Source: a virus
Taxonomy: Duplodnaviria; Caudoviricetes
DNA length: 64,000 nucleotides
Strand: one strand, 5' to 3'
IMG/VR virus record: IMGVR_UViG_3300032332_001510
Span: 1-64,000 of that record
The notes under the pieces were generated by a model. It was not told the DNA's origin, searched no databases, and saw only the letters and a list, made by a program, of their open reading frames with translations. This document shows positions 28,224 to 36,662 of the stretch, piece after piece (positions within the stretch are counted from its first letter, which is position 1; the number at the start of each line of letters is the position of its first letter). A program made the translations under genes and the position numbers.

Positions 28224-28738
28224 GTTACATTCCACTCAATTCCATTGTAGATTAAACCAATAGAACCCCAAGGCGAATCAATTATGTAGCTTGCCTGACC
28301 ATCAATGGTACTAGCAAGCGCAACCACCGTAATCGGGTTGGCCAGTGCATCGCCCTGGCTATCTTTGATAATAAATATTTTACCAGTAGTACCCACTGGT
28401 AAGGTAATTGTAGCGGCACCATCAAAAATTACTCCAATAAAGTAGTCAGTGTTACTAGCAGCATAAGTTGCCGAATCTACTAATGTAACCGGCAAGTTCG
28501 CCAGTGAACCAGGGGGACCCTGTGTTCCAGGCGGGCCTGCGGGGCCTTCGGGTCCTGCTGGGCCTTGAGGCCCGGGCGGGCCCGGTGGTCCAGGTAGTCC
28601 TCCTGGAGCATAATTAATAAATACATCGTCTTCTGGAAACGGTGGAGGACACCAACCCGGAACTACTGGAGGCGGTGGAGCTATGTAGGGAACCATAGGA
28701 AAACCAAAAGGCATTCCTTGTCGTTGTCGTTGATTCAT
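28220..28738 (-). CDS. collagen-like protein (cassette gene 2)
   Basis: Pro-rich N-terminus, about 10 Gly-X-Y triplets (GLPGPPGPPGPQGPAGPEGPAGPPGTQGPPGS), C-terminal beta domain. Confidence 0.85.
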   Translation of the reverse strand: MNQRQRQGMPFGFPMVPYIAPPPPVVPGWCPPPFPEDDVFINYAPGGLPGPPGPPGPQGPAGPEGPAGPPGTQGPPGSLANLPVTLVDSATYAASNTDYFIGVIFDGAATITLPVGTTGKIFIIKDSQGDALANPITVVALASTIDGQASYIIDSPWGSIGLIYNGIEWNVT

Positions 28739-28751
28739 TTTGTAATCCCTA

Positions 28752-28786
28752 TAAAAAAGCCCCCACAGCTTTTGGCTCTGGGGGCT
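28752..28786 (-). terminator. terminator/attenuator after cassette gene 1
   Basis: AGCCCCCAGAGCCAAAAGCTGTGGGGGCT-TTTTT. Confidence 0.75.
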
Positions 28787-28803
28787 GTATACCTAGTTCA
28801 GGA

Positions 28804-29580
28804 TTACCGAATGTTTGTATTTGTGTTAGCTGGATTAGCAGTAAGTGTTCCGCTACCAACATTAATTGCTTCATTAGTACTACGAATGCTCTGGCTGAGG
28901 CCCCAGATTGCATTGTACAACTGGCCGTACTGTTGTTGTTGCTGGCTCTGTTGTTGCATTTGATTAACGGTAGTAGTTGTATTAACTTCAATACCGCGCG
29001 CACGCTCAGCATTTTCAAAACGATTTTGCAGGGCAATAACTGCTGCATTAGCGTCTGTAAGTTGACGATTAAGTGTAGCCTCATACTGCTGAGTAATCAG
29101 TGCACGAGTCTTATCACCATCATTGTTAATAAACGACTGAGTTTGGTTAAAACCAGTTAACAAGTTTGTGTTAACTGTGTTAAGTTGCTGCATTAATGCC
29201 ATAGCAGTACCATTGACTGCTTCTTTAACGCCATCAACACGAGTGGCTAATGAGCCTGTTGCAGCATTAAACTGATTGGTAATACCAATAGTTTGATTAG
29301 CCTGACTAGCTTCCATTGCAGCTGTACCAACTGCAACTGCTTTGTCAACTTGACCAATTGATTGCATAAGTTGCATATTAGCTGTTGATTGCTCAGGTGG
29401 AATGCGTCCAGCACCTAGTCCAACTGCATCGGTTCCATTATTACCAAATAGTCCGCCATTACCTTGACGTAACAAACTGCCTAGGATAAGACCACCAATA
29501 AGGCCACCACCACCGCCAAAACCTAGTCCACCGTCGCCACCACCCATCATCATTGTACCTGGGCTTAAAACTTCTGCCAT
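28804..29580 (-). CDS. Gly-rich TM plus long Gln/Asn-rich coiled-coil protein (cassette gene 1)
   Basis: GGGDGGLGFGGGGGLIGGLILGSLL segment then helical N/Q/T-rich body; RBS AAGGGGA. Confidence 0.75.
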   Translation of the reverse strand: MAEVLSPGTMMMGGGDGGLGFGGGGGLIGGLILGSLLRQGNGGLFGNNGTDAVGLGAGRIPPEQSTANMQLMQSIGQVDKAVAVGTAAMEASQANQTIGITNQFNAATGSLATRVDGVKEAVNGTAMALMQQLNTVNTNLLTGFNQTQSFINNDGDKTRALITQQYEATLNRQLTDANAAVIALQNRFENAERARGIEVNTTTTVNQMQQQSQQQQQYGQLYNAIWGLSQSIRSTNEAINVGSGTLTANPANTNTNIR

Positions 29581-29694
29581 AATATTCCCCTTGTTATTAT
29601 TATTTTTAGGGTTTAAAATAGCAAGTAATACTGGCAAGTATTACCCGCCTGTTAGCTAACTGCTGTAGTCAGCTTTATTTTTATAACTTTTAAT

Positions 29695-29723
29695 ATTATA
29701 CAGCGTTGGGCACTAAAAGTCAA
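29695..29723 (-). promoter_or_regulatory. sigma70-type promoter of the collagen cassette
   Basis: TTGACT-17-TATAAT with upstream A-rich element. Confidence 0.8.
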
Positions 29724-29845
29724 TACTCTAATTTTTTTACCAAAATTACACGTACTTTTGTGCGAATATTTTCTTAAAAATTACAATTTTATTTCTATAC
29801 GACAAAACTTGTCACATTACTAGTCATAAATTGAACGGACAAAAT

Positions 29846-29874
29846 AAAAGCGGCAAGGGGTTAGCTTGCCGCTT
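29846..29874 (-). terminator. terminator after rubredoxin
   Basis: AAGCGGCAAGC...CTTGCCGCTT-TTAT. Confidence 0.75.
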
Positions 29875-29878
29875 CATA

Positions 29879-30013
29879 TTACTCTACTAAAAAGTATTCG
29901 TCTTTGTGGCATCCGCATTCGGGGCACAAGTAGAACTGTGGTAACTCGTCCCACTTGCCATCTGTTGCCTCGTCATGTACATTACCACAAACTTCGCATT
30001 CATATTTGTTCAT
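29879..30013 (-). CDS. rubredoxin (44 aa; not in ORF track)
   Basis: MNKYECEVCGNVHDEATDGKWDELPQFYLCPECGCHKDEYFLVE: two CxxCG knuckles and the W..LP motif. Confidence 0.88.
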   Translation of the reverse strand: MNKYECEVCGNVHDEATDGKWDELPQFYLCPECGCHKDEYFLVE

Positions 30014-30022
30014 TGTATTATC

Positions 30023-30184
30023 TCAATAGCCGTTACGAAAATCCATGCCGCGCTGGTAACGATCCCAGTTACGCATACGAGACTCTAGTTCCATAATATC
30101 TTTAGGGTCGCAATCACGGATATAGTCGTTAAGATCATAAGGTTTAAACATTTGCTGTAGGTTACGCCACAATTCACTTAGCAT
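30023..30184 (-). CDS. DUF3563-like small protein (53 aa; not in ORF track)
   Basis: MLSELWRNLQQMFKPYDLNDYIRDCDPKDIMELESRMRNWDRYQRGMDFRNGY; Y...D..ELE.RMR..D pattern. Confidence 0.6.
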   Translation of the reverse strand: MLSELWRNLQQMFKPYDLNDYIRDCDPKDIMELESRMRNWDRYQRGMDFRNGY

Positions 30185-30401
30185 TGTTGACAAACCCGTA
30201 TAGTTTTTGTGCCTCGCTGACTACATCTTCAAAAGTATACATTTTAGGCATATACTTTTGATAGTCTTGTTGAATAGCTTGGCCTGTTTTAATCAGTTGC
30301 GAAAAACTTTCTTTGGCAAAGTCGCAGTTGATTTCATGTTGACGCTTTAAATGGTCTGTGGCCATCTCCAGCAATTTTGTTCGTAATTCAAAGGGATTCA
30401 T
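30174..30401 (-). CDS. conserved phage hypothetical protein
   Basis: MNPFELRTKLLEMA...PK.YT.EDVV..AQKLYGFVN. Confidence 0.7.
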   Translation of the reverse strand: MNPFELRTKLLEMATDHLKRQHEINCDFAKESFSQLIKTGQAIQQDYQKYMPKMYTFEDVVSEAQKLYGFVNNAK

Positions 30402-30442
30402 ATTATATCCTTGTGTGTGTTGTGTATGCAAATAATTAAGGC

Positions 30443-30646
30443 TTATTCGCTTTTGCCTAAGCGACCCATGTCGCCGTCGTGTGTGACACCGCCGCGATCA
30501 ACAATGTTGATTTGCATTGTTTCTGCGCCGCCAAGTGTAACATCACTGGAGTCTCGCCCTGTTTTAGGATCGATTTGATCGGCTTGGCCTTCTTCAAAAG
30601 GTGTACCCATAGGCTGTGCGTTTTCAGGTGCTAAAGGGTTTTTCAT
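30443..30646 (-). CDS. acidic low-complexity protein
   Basis: Start MKNPLAP right after the previous stop; G/D/P-rich. Confidence 0.6.
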   Translation of the reverse strand: MKNPLAPENAQPMGTPFEEGQADQIDPKTGRDSSDVTLGGAETMQINIVDRGGVTHDGDMGRLGKSE

Positions 30647-30647
30647 A

Positions 30648-30911
30648 TTAGTCCTGTACATCAGGTATATCGCCAACTTCAGTTGGTCCAACATCATTGC
30701 CTGCACGCGCAGTATCAACATTAACCATTTCTGAACTAACACCACTATCACTAAATCCTTCTGTAGCTGTGTAAGTAGCTCCAGCAGGGTTTGGCATTTG
30801 TGCGTTAGGAGTTTGTGTCATATAATCAGGCACGCCTTCAGTGCTAAAACCTGCTTGTGGTTTTACTGCAGGTTTGCTGACTGGGGGTTGCATATCAAAA
30901 GTTGTAGCCAT
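30648..30911 (-). CDS. acidic Pro/Thr-rich disordered protein
   Basis: 87-aa ORF with few hydrophobic residues. Confidence 0.65.
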   Translation of the reverse strand: MATTFDMQPPVSKPAVKPQAGFSTEGVPDYMTQTPNAQMPNPAGATYTATEGFSDSGVSSEMVNVDTARAGNDVGPTEVGDIPDVQD

Positions 30912-30929
30912 AATTTTTTCCTTGTAAGT

Positions 30930-31244
30930 TTAACCTAAATCTGCAATTTTGGTTAGGGTTTTTAATTTGTGGCCTACAATAGTATCTGTAGGCACGTACT
31001 TGTCGCCTTGTTTGGTGTACACTCTAACAAGTGCACCAGGATCTTCGGGGGTACCAGTAATCTTAAAACTACTATTAGGTACTTGTTCACTGCCACTAGT
31101 AATTACTTTGGTAATCTTACCGCGGGCAGTACCGCCACTGCTGTTCCAACTTACGCTATCACCGCGCTTTAAGTCACTGGCCTTTTCAATAATTTTATCT
31201 AGTGCAGCAATATACTCACTAAGTTTTTGCGTATAATGATCCAT
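30930..31244 (-). CDS. Tudor-like (DUF2945/HVA1-type) domain protein
   Basis: LKRGDSVSWNSSGGTARGKITKV...GTPEDP...VGHK pattern. Confidence 0.7.
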   Translation of the reverse strand: MDHYTQKLSEYIAALDKIIEKASDLKRGDSVSWNSSGGTARGKITKVITSGSEQVPNSSFKITGTPEDPGALVRVYTKQGDKYVPTDTIVGHKLKTLTKIADLG

Positions 31245-31248
31245 GATC

Positions 31249-31593
31249 TTACTTCATTGGATATGTAGGGTACAGGCCTTTGCAGGCGGTACACTGACAA
31301 GTTGGATCATGAAATGGGTTTATTGGTAGTGCAGGTTGAACTGGTTGTACTGGTGTCATGTCTTTTCCTTCGGGAATTGGACCGTGTGGCCCAGGCTCAA
31401 CAATATTAATTCCGTTTGGGCCAACGGGTTTCTTTTTTGGCTTTTTACTATCCACAACAGGCTCCTTTAAGTTTGGATTGTTAATGTGAATAGCTGCCGC
31501 TGCTGCCTCACATTTAGCTAGTGTATCAAATTGGCAGTTGCCATGCTGGCCATATTTATATTTACCATTACTGCATTGCATACATGGCATCAT
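31249..31593 (-). CDS. Cys/Pro-rich hypothetical protein
   Basis: PC..C.NGKYKYG..G.C.F..L..C N-terminus; Pro-rich tail with CQCTAC. Confidence 0.6.
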   Translation of the reverse strand: MMPCMQCSNGKYKYGQHGNCQFDTLAKCEAAAAAIHINNPNLKEPVVDSKKPKKKPVGPNGINIVEPGPHGPIPEGKDMTPVQPVQPALPINPFHDPTCQCTACKGLYPTYPMK

Positions 31594-31599
31594 GCTCTC

Positions 31600-31911
31600 C
31601 TAGGTATGTTCTATGATTTTAATTGGTGTAGCACTAATAGCACTGCAACATATTTCACAGGGCTTGGCTAGGGTAGGATTGCCACTAGCGTCATATCTAG
31701 TAACAAATATTCTGTGTGCACGCGCAATGTCTGCGCAGCGGGTAATGGCTGCAATTTCTGCGTGTAAGTAAATATGATGTTCTTTACCAACACGTTTAGC
31801 GTGCTTAGCTTGGACAGGATGTGATTTTACATAACTGTTTTGTCCAACGCTAAGCACGCGCCCACGTTTGTCGTATATAATTGCTGTTACTTGTTGTCGT
31901 TTGCTGCTCAT
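31600..31911 (-). CDS. CMP/dCMP-type zinc deaminase
   Basis: HAE and PCEIC zinc motifs. Confidence 0.85.
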   Translation of the reverse strand: MSSKRQQVTAIIYDKRGRVLSVGQNSYVKSHPVQAKHAKRVGKEHHIYLHAEIAAITRCADIARAHRIFVTRYDASGNPTLAKPCEICCSAISATPIKIIEHT

Positions 31912-31922
31912 ATTCTTTTTAG

Positions 31923-32014
31923 TGGCAGAGAGTGTGGGATTCGAACCCACGGTACACATCACTGCATACGACGGTTTAGCAAACCGCTGCCTTCGGCCAC
32001 TCAGCCAACTCTCT
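31923..32014 (-). tRNA. tRNA-Ser(GCU)
   Basis: AGAGAGT...ACTCTCT-GCCA; anticodon loop TTGCTAA; long variable arm. Confidence 0.95.
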
Positions 32015-33161
32015 ATTTCAATAAGTCTTGTAGTCTAACAATAACCATTCTACTAGTTATTTTTTTACTGCACTCAAAATGTCTGGCAGTATCCTTGTGG
32101 TCAGGACACCACATCCAGTCTCCGCGATCAAATATGTGTCTGTTATAACATCCAGTACAACTATTTTTAGGAGCTTTAATTCGTTTGCAATTACTTTGCA
32201 TTTCAGTAATAGGATTACTAAATCCGCTAATTAAAATCATAGGCGTATTTGTTGCCCAAGCTAACCAGCTTAATCCACTACCAATTCCAATAAATGCTGC
32301 TGAATGTCTAAGTTCTTCTATAGCTATTTCAATATTACCATTAGACTCTACTGGAATAGTGCCTTTGGGTATATAATTACCCATAAATCCATTTTGTTCT
32401 TTGCCTAATAGTTTAACCTCGTATCCTTCTTTATTTAACCAATCAACAACTTCTTGCCAGCCTGTAGAGTTATTCCAAAACTTGGCTTGAGCAGTACTAA
32501 ATATACTAATACAAACTTGTTTTTTAGGCTGCGGTCTGGGCCGTTCATCTATTAGAGGTCGTATTTCTTTAAAAGGCAGTCCTAGTATATCACTAGCAAT
32601 TTGCTGATGCGGCACACCTAAAAAAGTATCTCTGTGATAGTCTGGATTAAATCCGACACTAGTTTTATTATAGTAAACACCTATTTTATATTTAGCAAAT
32701 ATAGCGGAAGTTTCTTGTACTGCTCCTGAATCGGTGATATGTAAATTAGGATAATACTCTTTTTTAAAGAAATTCTCGCTATAAACTGCGCCGTAACTTC
32801 CAGCATATACTATACAATTGTGCTTTTTTCTAAACTCTTCCATATAAGGAAACCAGCCTAAATTATCGCCCAATGATCCGCTATCTATTTCAATTACTAC
32901 ATTTTTATTTTCAAGGTTAAGTTTATACTCCCAGAATAATACGCCGGTTTTATGTACAGTAATATGCCAATTTACAAAATATTGTACACTACATTTACAC
33001 CAACTATTGCCATCAATAGTTGTTGTGTAATAAGTTTCGCCAGTATCAGCATCATCAAAATTAATAGTATATTCAGCATTTGTTAAACTTTCTAATTTAA
33101 CAAATGCGCCGCTAATAAAATTATAGCTAATTAATACGTCTTCTACAGTTTCATATTGCAT
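32013..33161 (-). CDS. Aah/TibC-family (autotransporter strand-loop-strand) O-heptosyltransferase-like protein
   Basis: SLGDNLGWFPY, TAQAKFWNN..GW, FIGIGSGLSWLAW, ISGFS motifs and four C-terminal Cys (CTGC, WCP, FECS). Confidence 0.82.
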   Translation of the reverse strand: MQYETVEDVLISYNFISGAFVKLESLTNAEYTINFDDADTGETYYTTTIDGNSWCKCSVQYFVNWHITVHKTGVLFWEYKLNLENKNVVIEIDSGSLGDNLGWFPYMEEFRKKHNCIVYAGSYGAVYSENFFKKEYYPNLHITDSGAVQETSAIFAKYKIGVYYNKTSVGFNPDYHRDTFLGVPHQQIASDILGLPFKEIRPLIDERPRPQPKKQVCISIFSTAQAKFWNNSTGWQEVVDWLNKEGYEVKLLGKEQNGFMGNYIPKGTIPVESNGNIEIAIEELRHSAAFIGIGSGLSWLAWATNTPMILISGFSNPITEMQSNCKRIKAPKNSCTGCYNRHIFDRGDWMWCPDHKDTARHFECSKKITSRMVIVRLQDLLK

Positions 33162-33164
33162 TTT

Positions 33165-33488
33165 TTACCAATAATATATATGAGGCTTGTGTCCTACTCC
33201 AGGCGGATCACAATTTTCTAAGTCTGTTTGTTTAAGCACTTCATGTTCCCAGACACGACCAGCTCTGCGCTGTGGACGATTCATTACTAATCTTGTCCAC
33301 CAACTAGGACTGTTGCTTATCCAATGCCAATCCATGTCTACATCTTTGCGCTTTTTAGTTTTTACACCGGGAAGTTTAATATAACGAATACTATAGCTAT
33401 TATCACCAGTAATTTTTAATGAGTCAAAGTCCCAGCTTGTTTCAGGAAATTTAAGTTTCCAATGCCTATCTTTTAATGTTCTACTCAT
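33165..33488 (-). CDS. hypothetical protein
   Basis: 107-aa basic, Trp-rich ORF. Confidence 0.65.
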   Translation of the reverse strand: MSRTLKDRHWKLKFPETSWDFDSLKITGDNSYSIRYIKLPGVKTKKRKDVDMDWHWISNSPSWWTRLVMNRPQRRAGRVWEHEVLKQTDLENCDPPGVGHKPHIYYW

Positions 33489-33503
33489 TTAAATACGTTC
33501 CTA

Positions 33504-34184
33504 TTATTGTTTTGTTAACCACCAACAATGACTAAGATTTTTCATTTGTGTTGCATAGTCTGCTTCTTTGGGAGGTTCTGTATCAGATTCACCCCAACGA
33601 TCGCCGTAAAAATCTTTTACTATATTAGTAAAAGGCAAATAATTTTCTGCTAATTTATTGTGATAGTTTCCTAAATAAGGAATTTTTTTATTATTCCACT
33701 TAAAAAATTCTTTAAGACTATCTCCTGCAATAACTTGAATGCAAGGTTCTGGAAAGTTATACTTAGGACACCAAAAAGTAGTCCAGCCTTCAGTTAAACT
33801 ATTTATGTATTTACTCATACGATCACTAATAACAAAACTGTCTGCTTCAATATGAACAATTTTATTGAATCCATATGTTTCAGCATAAGTTGCTGAATAC
33901 ATAAAACTTCTAAACCATCCAGGATAACAACTTATACTTTGACGCCCTAAACGTTTATCAAACGTATAAATTGTTGGTTTATTACTACAAATTGTAGGTA
34001 GTGGCCCTTGTTTTACTATAGCCACATCTTTCCAATCCGGAATAACTGGACTAGCATCATCAATAATTAATAGGTGCTCATAGTAAACTTTGCCAGTTTT
34101 AATACTATATACCCATATGCCGTATTTTTTATTCCAAGTTTCTAAGTCTGGAGAATATCCAGTACAAAACAGTAATGTATTCAT
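33504..34184 (-). CDS. putative GT-A-fold glycosyltransferase
   Basis: LLIIDDASP and HIEADSF (DxD-like) motifs. Confidence 0.55.
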   Translation of the reverse strand: MNTLLFCTGYSPDLETWNKKYGIWVYSIKTGKVYYEHLLIIDDASPVIPDWKDVAIVKQGPLPTICSNKPTIYTFDKRLGRQSISCYPGWFRSFMYSATYAETYGFNKIVHIEADSFVISDRMSKYINSLTEGWTTFWCPKYNFPEPCIQVIAGDSLKEFFKWNNKKIPYLGNYHNKLAENYLPFTNIVKDFYGDRWGESDTEPPKEADYATQMKNLSHCWWLTKQ

Positions 34185-34195
34185 GTTTATAGTTT

Positions 34196-34795
34196 TTATT
34201 TATACCAAAATCCAAGTCTAGCACCACAAGCATTTTCTATAAAACTAGTGCCTGCGGGTTGATTAATTTGTTGATCTTTCCATACGGGCCAGATTACACT
34301 ACTATTGTGTCCACTAAAATCATCATTGTATCTTAGGTGTACTTCAATAATCTTACCATCAATTAACTCAATGTTTAGCCACCGGCTAGCGTTGGCTACT
34401 TGTTGTAAACATTCTGGTAATTGATATGGGTACTCAATTTTTTCCCAATTATAAAATCTATTTAATGAACCAGTAAATTTTATACCCTCTGCAGCTAAAC
34501 CCTGCTGACCATAGTTATAATCAATAGTAATATGTCTGCCACTAAACCACTCACACCAAAAGTATCCATCAGGAATATTATCCTTGTCGGGCACTAACCA
34601 AGACTTATATGCGCCTAATCCCATCATACGACAATTAGTAATTGGTCGTACTACGTACCAATCTGCTTTAGGCACACAAACGCCTGCAGGACCTGCACTG
34701 TATCCCAGCTTTTTTGCTAAGATGAGTTTATCGTATATCCACAGGTGATCTACTGGGCAATTAACCCAAACATCACTATCGTTGATTAGTTCCAT
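34196..34795 (-). CDS. putative ATP-grasp-like protein
   Basis: DKL..., YVVRP, FWCEWFSGRHITIDY, LNIELIDGKIIEVHLR motifs. Confidence 0.5.
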   Translation of the reverse strand: MELINDSDVWVNCPVDHLWIYDKLILAKKLGYSAGPAGVCVPKADWYVVRPITNCRMMGLGAYKSWLVPDKDNIPDGYFWCEWFSGRHITIDYNYGQQGLAAEGIKFTGSLNRFYNWEKIEYPYQLPECLQQVANASRWLNIELIDGKIIEVHLRYNDDFSGHNSSVIWPVWKDQQINQPAGTSFIENACGARLGFWYK

Positions 34796-34913
34796 AAAAA
34801 TACTTTGTTAGTGGCAGTCTAAGGGTTTAACTGCCGTGTCTGGATGTGCCGCGAACTAATTGTTCGACCAGATTTTCCCTTGATCAAGGGGCATTGTTTT
34901 AATTATAGCAAAA

Positions 34914-35918
34914 TTAACCAGCAAAGTCAAGTGCAAATTTATGGCTGGCTAGATTTTTCTCCTTGCTCTCGCACATAATGTCAAAATCTGGTAGAAAGCT
35001 GCTGGCCCAAGCGTTAACAGCTTGATTCCAATAATAGTCGCTATGAGCCCGTAACTTGGCACTGGTAAATCCTTGTTGCTTTAGTTGAGTTAGGCAAGGC
35101 ATGGTATTGGGGTCATGATCTACCAGCACATCTTCACGGCTAACGCTGTAGTGTATAGTAGGTCTAACACCACGCCAGCTTTCCAAGACTTGTTGTACCT
35201 TAGGGTCGCTAGGCTCAATGTACTTACCGGTATTAATCCAGTGATGATGTATGTCAAGCACTAATGCACAGTCTTTGACTAGTTCAAGACTAGCGTCAAG
35301 ACCCCAAGTATACTCAGCGTTTTCGATGGTCAGGGTATTGCGGGCTTCGCGACTGAGTTTAGGCAATACAGCTTTGATACCTGCTGGGCCTAGTTTGCCG
35401 CCGATATGCACATTGCATTTAAAGTCTTGAAACTGCTTGCCGTAACCCATGTAGCGGATTATGTCACAGTGATACTCGAATTCTTGAATTGAATTTTCCA
35501 CCACATTAGGATTTTCACTAGCCAACACACAAAATTGGCCTGGATGAAAACTAATCTTAATATCGTGTTCGCGAGCAAGATCACCTACACTGGCAAAACC
35601 ACGGCTAAGCAAGTTAACCATGTCTTGATCAAAGTAGGCCCAGGTCCAGTCTTCGTGAGTATACGCTGGCAGCAGGTCGCTGCTCATTCTGAACATATGC
35701 AGGTGTTTAGGCTGCTTGGCAAGCCACAGCAGTTGACGCTTTAGTGCTTCGATATTGTGTTTGGCAATATCATGCAGTCGCTCAAGGGCAACGTGCTTGG
35801 TCTGCCGGTTAAGCCAAGTAAGTGTAGTAGTTTTGGTGTTTAGGTTAGGGTCGGCCTTGCCCTGAGATTCTTGAATCTTACAGGCAAAACCAACGCGCTT
35901 TACATTTTGATCAAACAT
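34914..35918 (-). CDS. uvsE: UV-damage endonuclease
   Basis: RMSSDLLP, SFHPGQF, IENAE, LDIHHH motifs. Confidence 0.93.
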   Translation of the reverse strand: MFDQNVKRVGFACKIQESQGKADPNLNTKTTTLTWLNRQTKHVALERLHDIAKHNIEALKRQLLWLAKQPKHLHMFRMSSDLLPAYTHEDWTWAYFDQDMVNLLSRGFASVGDLAREHDIKISFHPGQFCVLASENPNVVENSIQEFEYHCDIIRYMGYGKQFQDFKCNVHIGGKLGPAGIKAVLPKLSREARNTLTIENAEYTWGLDASLELVKDCALVLDIHHHWINTGKYIEPSDPKVQQVLESWRGVRPTIHYSVSREDVLVDHDPNTMPCLTQLKQQGFTSAKLRAHSDYYWNQAVNAWASSFLPDFDIMCESKEKNLASHKFALDFAG

Positions 35919-36103
35919 TTTTTAGTTTTGTATTGGCGGATTGCGTCGGCGTCTAGGCTGGCATAGGCACGAAACCTGTCTTTGCCGTGGGTATCATAGC
36001 ATTCAGCAGCTATTTTGTACAGGGACTCTACTGCTTCCAAGCCTAGTGATTCATAGCGGCTTATATAAGCATTGAGCAAAAAATCGCGGGTATAACCTGC
36101 CAT
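35900..36103 (-). CDS. hypothetical protein
   Basis: ORF with GGAGG RBS and promoter at about 36126-36154. Confidence 0.65.
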   Translation of the reverse strand: MAGYTRDFLLNAYISRYESLGLEAVESLYKIAAECYDTHGKDRFRAYASLDADAIRQYKTKKCLIKM

Positions 36104-36163
36104 AAAATCCTCCAAATGAAGTAATATTATAGCAAATTATACCCGCTGTGTCAAGACTAAGTT

Positions 36164-36580
36164 TTAGTTAATCTTGATTTGCTTTGGTTTTTTGTTTTCT
36201 GGAATTACGTGTAGGATTAGTATTTTAAGAATGCCATCTTCTAGGTTGGCATCTTTTATCACTAAATCGCTGTGCAGTGTAAACTGTCTGTGAAATCCAC
36301 GAGCACTCAGTCCGTGATAAATATATTGTGTCGTATCCACTTTCTGATCGCGCTTAACGCCACGAATACTAAGTACACCATTTTCTAATTCAATACCAAT
36401 TTCTTCACGTTTAAAACCAGCTACAGCCATTTCAATAATATAATCATTTTCGCCAAATTTGATTACATTGTATGGCGGATAATTAGTGTTAAGCTGATTG
36501 GCATGACGCCGCTCAAACTCGTAAAAAAAGTCGTCAAAACCAAGCAGGCCACGATTTAATAGTTTAAGATCAAAAGTCAT
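36164..36580 (-). CDS. hsp20: small heat-shock protein Hsp20
   Basis: YPPYNV, EMAVAGF, A.LEDGIL.I alpha-crystallin motifs. Confidence 0.93.
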   Translation of the reverse strand: MTFDLKLLNRGLLGFDDFFYEFERRHANQLNTNYPPYNVIKFGENDYIIEMAVAGFKREEIGIELENGVLSIRGVKRDQKVDTTQYIYHGLSARGFHRQFTLHSDLVIKDANLEDGILKILILHVIPENKKPKQIKIN

Positions 36581-36583
36581 TGA

Positions 36584-36603
36584 AATCTCCTAAAAGCAAG
36601 ATT
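36584..36603 (-). promoter_or_regulatory. ROSE-like RNA thermometer hairpin over the hsp20 RBS
   Basis: AAUCUU(G)CU-UUU-AGGAGAUU: UUGCU with bulged G pairs with the SD sequence. Confidence 0.65.
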
Positions 36604-36662
36604 GTGTTGTGGGCAACTAGCCCGAGTTGTGCGGCCCCTAGATAGGCAACCGCAAAAATCTT

